DNA of 64,000 nucleotides, from positions 105,774,001-105,838,000 of the forward strand of contig CM052817.1 of assembly GCA_028534125.1 (NCBI GenBank). Reading direction: 5' to 3'. Positions 52,733-64,000 of the stretch are shown one piece after another; within the stretch, counting starts at the first letter, position 1, and each line of letters begins with the position of its first letter. A program made the position numbers and the translations under genes. Under the pieces are notes generated by a model that saw nothing but the letters and a program-made list of their open reading frames with translations, had not been told where the DNA came from and searched no databases. The stretch is from Lama glama. Taxonomy: Eukaryota.

Positions 52733-54223
52733 ATTGAGTAACCATAATATTCCAGACACTGGCAAAACCATAGTGAGTTAACTATGCAGTCATTGCCCTA
52801 ATGCATTTTATATTCTTTATTTTAAGTGGATTGTCAATGACATTGGAAAATTCTTCCTCTGTTTAACTCTTTTATTTTTCATTTCATAGAAAAGTCCAAA
52901 TATGCCACCATTTTAACTTTTAATATTAAATAGGTTTAAAATGTAAAAGTTCTGCATATTCTTGGAAACATAATATTTAGTATAAGAAAGTAGATATCAT
53001 ATAATTCTTATTGAGGCTGTCAATGTCAATGTGTCTTAAAGTTGAATAAGGTGTGGCTTATTTTAAAAAAAATTAAATTATTGTGAACTTCTCATCTTAC
53101 AAATATTTTTTATTAAAATATTAAATGTAATAGTACTTTATTTATAAACTCATGCTATGGTATCTGTGCAGCTACAAAATCAAAGCATATTTAAAAATTA
53201 AATACCAATATAGAAACAGTTAAATTTCAATTGATTCCTTGATTTAATGTTATAAATGATGTGCTGAAGCCAAATTCCTAATAGAAATTTATCTATAATA
53301 TTGATAACTACAGTACCAGTGATTTTTTTCAAGTTTTTCATATTTGAATTTATGAGAGACATTTGATGCTTAAATTCTCATCTTTTAAAAAAAAATTGGT
53401 CTGTTACAGAAGCTTCATTTGTACACCATGATCATCACTGAGGCTTCACTTGACATGGAAACATTTTTATGTCACATTTCCACTGATCATTTTTCATTTA
53501 CCTTTTTAAGTTAAAATAGGACTAAGAAAACAGCTAACAGCACACCAAACACAGATTCTAAACTTATGTGTTAATTCTCAGTTGAATAACCAGTGATCCA
53601 GAATATTATAACAAATCTCAAAGAAAGAGAATCTCCTTCTCCAGGCTCTGTGGTACCATGAAGCTTTTAAAAAGAATGAGCTAGATTTTCACCCATGGAC
53701 ATGGAATGAGTCACAAGAAATATGAGTAAGTGAAAACTTCTCATTGAATAATATTGTTTATTTAATATGTTATATAGTATCATAGAATAGAATATGCTAA
53801 ATAGTATCTCTCTATATATATATATAATATATAAATACACCCACATACACATATAAAATACCTACATGTGTAGATTCCAAACTATTAACTGTTTTTACTG
53901 TTTTATTGCTGGTAGATGGGAGTGAGTCTAGGGATTGAAACACAGCTTTAACTTATGTTGTTGTACACTTTTACATACTAAATTCATTATCTCTCCTAAG
54001 ATTAACTATGTCACATACAGAAAAAATATATTTTAATTCCATGATATTGAGAATTTTAGGACAGTTATTAAATATAATTTTTCTAAATATAAGGTTATAA
54101 ATAAAATGAACACACAAGTGGGTGATTAGGGAGTAGATGTTAGTGATGAGATTTTGTGTCAAACGAACCCGAAGGGGAAAAATACCAAATATCTGAACCT
54201 TAATATATGATGAAAAGCAACAG

Positions 54224-54359
54224 TTTCCTTTTTTTTCTTTGTTTTGAAAGGTAAGCTATAGAGACAATTGAAACTCACTTTAGAACTTCAGTCCAGTACT
54301 ATGGAAACTCCATCATGTGTGGTTCAGAAATATGAGTATTTGATGAAGTTCAGGTAAGA
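54224..54359 (+). promoter_or_regulatory. Candidate recursive splice site with 103-nt RS-exon (54251-54353)
   Basis: Polypyrimidine tract tttccttttttttctttgttttg-aaag|GTAAGC and downstream donor CAG|GTAAGA at 54353/54354. Sequence pattern only, no transcript evidence. Confidence 0.35.
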
Positions 54360-57300
54360 AAAAAACCATTCCATACAAATAGATGTGTGAAGAACCTTCA
54401 ACTTCTAACACCAAGATAAATATTTTCGTATCTTACATGACAGAAAGAACCACTGTTTTACAGTTAGCAGGTGAATTCATCTCTCTAATATTTTCTTCTT
54501 AAACTAATGATTCATTCTACTACCAGCTGCGCCCTATTGTCCCAGAGAGAAGTCATAACCTAAACTAAAAACATTTTTCATGAGGTAAACCCCAGCATGG
54601 AAATCTTAGTATAATACAACATAAATATGGGTAACTGTCCCCTTATGCATTTTCTCTGAGCAAAATTCACCCATGAGTGTTTTTTTCTTGAAAAATTGGT
54701 CTTCAGTTTATCTTAAAATATTCATGTATAATATTACATATTAATATGAATTTTAAAAATATGCATATGCATACAGTAAGTTATATTACTTGTATATTAT
54801 TTGTACTTAAAAGTTGATATTTAAACCTAATCATCCTCGTAAGTACAACTTTTAAAAAGGAGCTCACTATTTCCTTTAGTCCTCTAACTACACAAGAAAA
54901 ATCTTAAATTCTTTTAATGGTATCAATTCTTAATATCAAAGAGAAAGATGGATAACCCTGGAAGGAAAAATATAACCCATTAGAATTCTCTATTCCTAGT
55001 AGAATTTTCATATCCAGTTCTTTAAAAAGGGAACAATTTGAATATTCAGAGCCTACAGCTGCACCATTTTTTTTGTCTTCTCTTAATCTAGTTCAGCATT
55101 CTCCAGATTCTATGTGCACAAGACTCACAATACAATGTTATGTTAAACAAATGAAGAGTAAATATTTACATGATTTAAAGCATCATCCGTGATGTTAGAT
55201 GAAATATTCAACTTTAGTTTGATATTATATTCTAGTTTTTTACCCAGTGCTTTATTATGAAAATTTTATAAATAGGAAGAAAAATGGGGAATATTAATAC
55301 TAATTATGTAGTTTCATCTCCATTTAATTAAAATATTTTTGATATATTGGCTTCTTATCACTGTATAAATACAGTAGATATTTTATTACTGGACCACTTA
55401 AAATTAAGTTGAGACATCACAATATTTCACCACAAATTCTTCAACATGTATTTCTTAAGATTAAATACATTCTCCTCCTAAACATCTACCGTTTACATAA
55501 GCTTCCCGGTCTAAGACAATATCACCATGAACTGACTGCTTTCAAACTGTATTGACACAGTGTTCTCAGAATGTTTTAGTCCAGAAGCAGATGCCATGAA
55601 AACAGACTGCATAAGCCAAGATTGATAAAACAAGAATTAATTACCTATGACTAAAGACCAAAGAAAACTTGTAAAATTTGTATTAATAGTGTATGCAAAC
55701 AACCCGTTTGTATTTTCTTGATCTATAACCCACAACTTATGGGGTTATTATGATACAAACAAATAAAACATTTTATTTACATGATACCTCTTTCCAACTA
55801 ACCCTTAGAATTAAACAAAAAAATTATCTTACTAAAAAGATTATTGATGTTTATAAGCCAATGAATTTTCAGGAAAAAAATAATTAGTACAATTTATAAA
55901 AGAATGATGAATATTAATTGACTAATTTGCAAAATAGCTCAAATTGATAGCAAAATATTTAAATATTTTCCAAATTGCCTACATTATGTTCTTTTCCTTT
56001 GGATGACCATGTAATTATTTGCTTAGGATGAAGAAGATACCACTTTCCCAAAAGGACAAAATTGGATTTATTAAATGTACAACTAAACTATGTCAGAAAT
56101 CTCATTAACGAGGTATGATAAATACAATATAGGATCTTCCGACTCATTTGAAAATAACATCTACAAAAACTTTTCCGGAAACTGGCCCATTATCTGCTCT
56201 ATAATTAATGGAGTCACAGCTTCGGTGAGTAAAGATTATCATTTTCTGGTAGGACAGAAATATTGACAACCTGAGATCTCAGAAAGAGAAAGAGAAGACC
56301 TTAGTAGGTACTGCAGGTAAACCATAGACCAGTTGGACTCAGTAAGAAACCAGTTGGTTTCTTATCTTTTGAGTATAATCTCCTGGAAAAAATATATAAA
56401 CCCAAGAGTAATGTTTGAGCATTGAAATTTCATGACACAAATACCTGTAGTACATTGCTATGAACGGTTATCATTTTTATTCAAACGGAATTCGACTAGA
56501 TTAGTGGAGAGCAATGTAGAATTCTGGTTATAACATTTTAGATCCTATCCCTTATGCCCTATATAAAAATACTATTTCCATTAACCATTATCTCCCTTAT
56601 ATATCAATAAGAGGAAGGAGAGTTGTGAGAATTTGCACAAAGGGTATGATTTTAAATGAAACTCTTTGAAGTCAGACAAGACAGAATCAATGTAACCGAG
56701 ATTCAAATAGTTTACGTTAGGCGTGGCTCTGAGTAGTAACTCGGTTCTCTGAGGATCCTGTAATCTCAAATCAAATTTGCAGCTTTCTTTCATTGTTACA
56801 GACATGAAAATCTTGCCGAGTGATGAACATCATGCTGTTTTGGTTTTTGCACCTGCTTTAAAAGGACAGTAAAGGCTCAAATAAAATTACTGTAGGCACT
56901 TGAAGTTTCTCACCTGTGAAAGACAGAACGTTGCAGGAGGGAAGAGTCCTTGGAGACCACTATAAAAGATTCATTTGCAAATAAGCTCAAGTGCCTAAGA
57001 GAGAACTTTCAAAGTACAGGAAAATTGTGGATACTGGAATTTTTCGTATTCTAAAAGCTGTGAACACAAATGATTTTTTTTTTTTTCCGTAGGTATTTCT
57101 TTGGGAAATCACAACACATTCGGTGACACAACGGACATCTTTAAGCATTTTTATATCTCAATAAAAGCTATAGGTCAGTGAAAAATGAAGATTAAAGGAG
57201 GAATTAGAAACTGTTATGACAGAGGTCCATTTTATGAGGTCATTCGTTCGAGTGTTTAATAGAACTCTGAGCATCCTTACAGTTTATCTTCTCTTTCTCC

Positions 57301-60300
57301 TAATATCAAACATCTTATTTTTGTTGCCTGTAGTGTATTTCATTGCTGCCTTCATCATCACATATTGTTTATTTCTGCATCATTTCAATCTTAGCTTTAC
57401 GCTCTTTTCCAGACTAGTTTCTTTGACGTCTATGCTGACACTAATTCTGGTTTATATGCTTTTAAGCACTCCTTATTTATTTACAGGGCTTGCATTCCCT
57501 AAAATCAGTCTCTCTCATCACAGAGCACAGGGGCAGAGAGGAGTGGGAAATGGGTTTGGTGAGGCAGAGAGGAAATAAACAGCCCAGGCAGATAAAATAT
57601 ATTTGACTAAGTTACTAAAATAATCCCATAAAAGGGACTATACCGTAGGTACCTTGATTAGAATAAGGCTATTCAAAATCCATTTTAGTTGACAATTTAT
57701 AGATTACTATTTAGTTTTAGTAACTTTACTGGAGAGATTTACTAATCTCATTCACTCTATGTCAATGTTTCCAAATTGCATTATTAGAAGGCAAGCTTTA
57801 TCTTAAATTTATGGGTTCTCCTATGTCATCTCCTGTGTACTGATTAAAATTTCCACAGCTTTAGTTTTGGAAACATTAATACACACACACTCTACATAAA
57901 CCTCCTGAGTCTGTGTATGTTTCATCCTAATGTTTTGACTGGACAAACGCTCCGTTACTGGGCTTTATTGGTTTTCTTTTTGTGTGAGAACTATTAATTT
58001 AATCTGTCAGTCGTCAACTGTGCACCTGTTAATATACTGTCCTCATTATAGTGCCTGCATTTCAAACATTTCAAGCATAGCTGAGTTTTGCTTTTCTTCA
58101 TAAAGCTTTGCACTTAGCATCTACCTTTGGCTCTGCTGTGGTGGTGTTTCTTCAGCAAACTAGAAGCAATTGTGAGTGTAAAGGTGGTATGTTCACCTCC
58201 ACTATTGCAAACAAAGAATCAAAATCAAGTTTGCTTTTAGTAGGACGTGAAGAAAGCATTGCCTTGCGCTTTGCATTCTGAAAGGGCTACTTACCAAACT
58301 CACAAATGCTGTCATTACTGACATACATGGTAGGTATCACATACATTGGATGTTACGTCTTATTCAGTGATAATTTTTGGAACGAGAGTATATCTCTAAA
58401 ATGTCTGAATGTGCTTAGAATGAGTCAACAAAACTTATATTTTCCCCAGTGAGCATTAAAACCCCTCATTTCTTAAACTGAGTCAATTCTAAGTTACCTC
58501 TACTAATGGAAGTACAAAAATGTACAAGAATAAATAATGTATGAATCATTGCATTTTGTTTGGAAATGGGACAAGTGGTGAACAGAAGTCATCCAGCAAT
58601 CTAAAAGAGCTTGAAGTCAAGCATAGTGGGTTAAACATTTTAGTTGTGGTCATGGGAATAAAGTAAGTGGTTTACGTAGTTTTTTGGTCCACCTAAGACT
58701 CTTTTCTTATAATTCAATCATAGTCTAAGACGTGTATTTTTCCTAGTCCCTGCCACATACAAATCTGTGGTTTACTTTAAATGCATGTGATTTTCTAATT
58801 TAAGGAAACATATTTATTGATGAAATTTATTTAGTGCTTATAATATTAACTTGACATATTATATATGTTACTACTACTAACTAATAATAATAAAGACAGA
58901 AGCAGTACAGAAAATTTATTTAGAAAGGTAGAGTACTAAGCATTTGTGATAATTATTCATTTCATTTTCACCAAAATACTCTGTAGGAGTGGAGCAATGG
59001 TGTTACAACATCAGAAGGACACCTTAATAATGTACCACAATACACAGTGCCTTGATACAGAGTGGTAACAAGCCATTTCATTTAATTGAATAATTTTGTG
59101 ATAGAAAAATTTATTAAATGAGAGTCCAAGAACAGGAGAAATTTTCTTTAGTTCTCAGTGACGTGATTTATGACACAAGATATATTTGTGAATGTGAATT
59201 AGCTTTATTACTCCCTGCCTTCAGGGATCTTCAGATCTAGGACTACGCATAGTTCATCCTTTCATCATGCTCCCTCACCAACAGACAGCTTCCTACAAAG
59301 ATGGCTTGTCTAAGGGATTTCATATTCGTCCTTATTTTTTCCATGAATCTTCCATGAAGCTCCTCCTTCACGCTAAACCTGTCTAGGAGAGCCCACATAA
59401 TCCTATAACCCTCAGTGTAAATCTAATCCCATTTTTCCAAACAAGCGTCCAGCCTCCTTTAGATAATTTTCTGCCGACTATCTCCAGATCTGAAGCCGTA
59501 GGAATTCTCTTTAACCTGCTAGAAGTCCCCTTCTTGTCCTATTAAAGAAGGAATTTTGTAAATCATTCTCTTATATTCTTACGGTACTTGATGATTTATA
59601 AGATAAGGGGGCATTCCATCTATAGTCTACAATATAACTACTGTAAATAATGTGTGTTTTGGAGTTGTTATTGTTATTTTGTGCTGAGTCAAAAATAAAT
59701 AAATAAAATCGAGGTGAGTGTGTTGATGCTAAATATAAAAATAAAGGACAAAATAAACATCTTGTGCGCAGAAAATACTGCTCATTATATTTTTTCTTAT
59801 AGTAAAATAATCTTCAAGCATGTAAACTAGGATGTCTAATTAGAGAAATAGGAGGAAAGAGTAGAGAAAACTTCAGGGGTTGTACAACAGAGGTAGCCCA
59901 GAGATGATGCTTCCTGGGTCCAAGGTAGATTTTTTTATTTCCTAACAATGTTATTTTTATTAATATACACAGTATAATTTTGGTTGTTGGGGAACAAATA
60001 ATTATCAAGATACTTTGGCATGATGTTGGAGAGGTAAAATAGAGGCTATGAAGATGGAAATTCATACTTTTATCTTTGTGTGTCTGCGGTTACCAGGAGA
60101 GATGAACTTCTTGTGAAAAGTCTGCATTCCTTGCCATTAAAAAAGGATACATTGTGTCACATGAATCTTATCCTGAAGACAAAGAGAATGTTTTATTGAA
60201 GACTGCGTTCTGAACGATAAGAATTATTCGGAAAAAGGAAGACTGAAAATACTCTAGAAAGAAGAAAGAACATGGATGATGATAAAACAAATACATGGTG

Positions 60301-62483
60301 CACGTGTGAATAGTAAATTGGTGGAAGTACGGAAAACACAAAAGCCATTAGTTGAAGAGAAGTTTGAATGCTTAACGAGAAATGCTTGACTTTGACCTTG
60401 ACCAGGCAAGGTCATTATCCTTTTTCCTCGGCCAATGCCAAAAAAAAAAAAAGCTATAAAATACAAAGATAGTTTTAGTTAACAAGGTAAACAGGTTTTT
60501 CTTTTGGAGAATTTTAAGTTTCCCGTCTATTTCTTTTTCAAAACTTTTGAAATAAACTAGACCTGGAAATACTGTAAATGTAGAGTTTTACTGTTCTAGT
60601 CACAGATGACTAATTTCCACACAGGTCCAATTTTAGGGATGCTAATTTGTTCTGTTTTCCATGGATCAATGAGAAAAATGTGCATGTTGACCCTCTGGCT
60701 GAGTCACTGCCCTCTACTTGAAGATGTGTATAGAATAATGTTCAAGTTTTCACTCTGCCAATATCTTCATCAGGGATTTCAACTAGCAATTTGCAAATGT
60801 CTGACCATGCTGTCTGTGCAAATGATACGTAATGGTGAATTTGCAATGAAGCTAATAAAACTCAGACTTTGAGCTTTTCACTTGTATGGGCTTCTTTTAA
60901 AGCTCCAGCAAGGTCTCTGGAGATTTGTTCCTACAATTATATATTTCTGTAAAATTTGCCAAAGCAACATTTTAGATGCAAAGGCTAAAGACTACTACCT
61001 CTTAATGGTTTGTTTATTTTACCATCTGCCGCCTTTTCTCTCATACGGGCTGAAATTGGACAAACATGCCCACTTTAGTGGGGAGGGGGGTGTCTCACTG
61101 AGAAAACGTTGAATCAGGAAAGCTTTTGCTTTTGAAAGTTTCAGTAGGATATATTTCTGGGGTTTTCAACACGTGGCTGGCCATCTCCCTTCTAGGAACT
61201 GCCCTCCACTGCGCTGCCTCACCCAGCATGGTGACATGCAGACGTAACCTACTGTATCGGGCTCAAGGATTACGTGGGTAGTGCAGGAGGGAAAAAAATG
61301 AAGTATATGGATCCAGGAGTGATTTTGCAGAAAATTGCTGTGATCATGAGCTGTGTAAATTGCAAGTGTGCTATTCACTTCATTGATGCTTACAATGGAT
61401 ATTCTTTCCTGTTTGACCCTGTAATTCAGTTTTTACTATTGTAGGAAATGCATCTGCTAGGTAGGTAGGTAAAGGGAGAGATAGGTAGTTTGGAGGGTGA
61501 GAAGTAGAAATCATCAAAATGCATGAGTTTGTGTAGCATGGAGTACATTCAATACTTCAAACAGTGAATATGCCAGTGTGGAAAGTTGCATGTTGTATGC
61601 ATCTCAATGTATCAGATTATATTTTAATGCGCTTCATGTTTAACTGACTAAAGCTGGCAAGTCCCAAAAGAAATGGCATGCAAAATTGCCTCTGGTGTAG
61701 CAAAATAGCCCGAAGAAACAGGTACTATAGTGAAAAACTACACTTATAAATAAATACATCAACGTGGGTCATCTTAGAGTAATGTGAATGTGCATTTTTA
61801 CAGCTTAATACGTGAAATGCTTGAAGTATTCTTGTGTATGTCCTGATTTCAGAATCATGTTACGTTTTCTTCACAATAATTTAGCCTGCAAAACTTAAAA
61901 ATCAACTGAAAGGAAGCGTCCTAACTGAAGGCAAAACATTTAAAAGACAGGCTGGCCGAAGCTTCAAAATATCAAATCTTTGTTGATTTTGTTTGGGTGT
62001 TGTAACAGGCAGTTAACTTGATTTGATTCAAACAGCAAACTGTCTGTAAAGAAATCCAAACCAGGTCTCCAGTCCTTAGCTGCTCAGTGGCTGCCCCGTA
62101 TCCGTGTGGCTCAAGGGTAATCCAGATATTTAAACCGCTGATACACAGGTGGGGAGCTCTCCCTGGGCTCTGGCCTTCCCAGGATTGCTCCCTCATCGTT
62201 CAGCCCTGTAGTTGTGCTCTTCTTCATGCCAGAAAGACTTCACAGATTTTCTCATGAAAATTGAGCCACCCATCAGTGCTGCCAGCAGCCTGCCTCAGGC
62301 TGAAAGTCAGAGAAACTGGAAACTCACTCAGAGACACTCCCTTCATCCAGCGGCCAGCCATAGCCTGCCTGCTTTTCTTCACTCTCCAGCATCTTCAGGT
62401 AGTTGTTGTTAGCACTTAATTGAGTGTCAATTTATTCACTGCAAATGTTGCTCCTGGGGGACCTACTAGGTTAGCTGCTAAGT

Positions 62484-62992
62484 TGTTGGCTGAAATAAAT
62501 GCACCATCTTAAAGTTGAGAGTCATATTTTCTTAAGTGGATGTTTCTGAGGACTCAGACCCCTTGAACCTGGTATGCCAGCCTCGCAGATTACCCTGAGG
62601 GACTGCTCCGAAGAGACAGGGGAAGAGCCAGGGTATACAGGAGCTTTTACAACAAAGACCAGGCAGTTGGAACATCAAAAGATTATTGCTAATTAAAGGA
62701 ACCCAGATATCTCAAGTTAAGGAATTTAGTGTTTTTCTTTTTATGGGAAGGTGCAAAGATCTGGGCTTATAGAAACCATTCCCTTGATGTGCATCTGAGC
62801 TCTCTAGGGCCAGTGTCCTGTTCTTTTCCATCCTGAGTTCCCTCAGGGGGCACCATTGTGGGTGGAAGCAGAGGCCAGGCTGCCTGCTTGTCTGCATCCT
62901 GCTCGCTGTCGGGGGTGACAGTAACAGCTGATGACTTAATGGCCACAGCATCCTTTGTTTACTGATAAAGCCGGCAATAATTTTTGTTCACA
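62484..62992 (-). mobile_element. ERV1 (MER4-group-like) solo LTR, copy 2
   Basis: TG...CA ends, perfect 4-bp TSD aagt (62480-62483 and 62993-62996), homologous to 36395-36908. Confidence 0.9.
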
Positions 62993-63589
62993 AAGTGTAG
63001 GCACTTCCTAGTCTCTTGATTAAGAGCGTAGGGGGTTACTGATTCCTCAGAGCTAATGGATTATAGAAGACCCCATTCTATCCTGCCCAGGTTTTGAGTT
63101 TGGCCCTTTTGCTCCATCCTACACATTTTCACTGTGCTGTGTGGCCAGCTCTTCCTAAGCCCACTGCCCCCGCATCAGGGAATGTGTGCATGGTAAGCAC
63201 TGTGACACTGTAGGAGCTTTCACTTTGTCTTTCTCATCCAGACCTCTCACTTGATGTGCCACCCTAGAATTCATAAAATGAGCCCAGGGTAAATTCGACC
63301 TGTTTTATGGATTGACTATTTTCCAAACTGTCAAGCTAGTCCCAAGTAACTTTAAAGATTTTTAACTTTTCTCCTCTCCTTAGTGGAGATTGTCTTTCTG
63401 GGCAAATCTGATCATCATACTACACAGAGAGTTGGCAAATTCCCACTTGGGAGAAAAGATCTACTGATGATCAGATTACTTATGGAGATTTCTTTCTTCT
63501 CTACTATTTTAATTACATTTAGTTAATCTGATTTCTCTATTTTAGTATTCATTATTTCTACCATCTTCTGATATTTTTAAAATTTAATT

Positions 63590-64000
63590 TTGCCAACACT
63601 CATTTATGAAAATAACTCTCAGCAAACTAGGTATGGGGGAGAACTTTCTCAACCTGATAAAGGCTATCTACAAAAAAAGTTATAAAACTGACAAAACTAA
63701 CATCACCCTTAATGGTGAGAAATAGATGTTTTCTGTTAACCTCAGAAACAAGGAAGAAATGTACCTTCCCCTATTCTTATTCAACACGATACTGAATGTC
63801 CTTGACAATGCAATAAGACAAGACAAATAAATAAAAGGTATAGATATTGGAAAGGAAGATAAAACTATCTTTGTTCACAGATCACATTATTGTCTCTGTA
63901 GAAAATCCTAATGAATTCACAAAATTTCCTGAAACTAAGAATCAATTATAGCAGGGATGCAAAACACAAGGAATTAAACTAAGTCAGTCACTTTCCTATA
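63590..64000 (+). mobile_element. Old LINE-1 ORF2 reverse transcriptase fragment, running off the window end
   Basis: aactttctcaacctgataaaggctatctac...aaactatctttgttcacagatcacat...gtagaaaatcc is a decayed RT domain. Confidence 0.85.

Noticed and set aside
52194..52771. ORFs of 172-187 aa
   Set aside because: Almost entirely N gap.
36395..62992. Two same-family LTRs as the ends of one provirus
   Set aside because: They are 26 kb apart and clearly diverged, no gag/pol/env is recognisable between them, and the second has its own TSD, so they are independent solo LTRs.
1..64000. CRISPR arrays, operons or other prokaryotic systems
   Set aside because: The sequence is mammalian, with no regularly spaced repeat-spacer arrays or dense coding.

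Overview
Mammalian, AT-rich, repeat-rich non-coding DNA, either intergenic or inside a very long intron. Three tRNA-Ala-derived SINEs of the Vic-1 type point to a camelid genome. I recognise no host protein-coding exon; the ORFs in the track are LINE-1 remnants, low-complexity sequence, N-gaps or chance. The window holds many LINE-1 fragments of different ages, including a near full-length decayed L1MC-like element at about 40.8-46.5 kb. It also has ERV1- and MaLR-type solo LTRs, L2/MIR relics, microsatellites and two 500-N scaffold gaps. The best-supported unusual item is a full-length U6 snRNA/LINE-1 chimeric retrocopy with a 14-bp target-site duplication (TSD) at 27427-28437. The most intriguing hypothesis is a candidate recursive splice site with an RS-exon on the + strand (AG|GTAAG at 54250/54251). 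Other observations include a probable SINE-L1 composite insertion, 5'-inverted and 3'-truncated L1 insertions, and a 21-bp-arm palindrome. Nothing here demonstrates a new biological system. Repeat subfamily names come from recalled consensus sequences, and repeat boundaries without a TSD are approximate.
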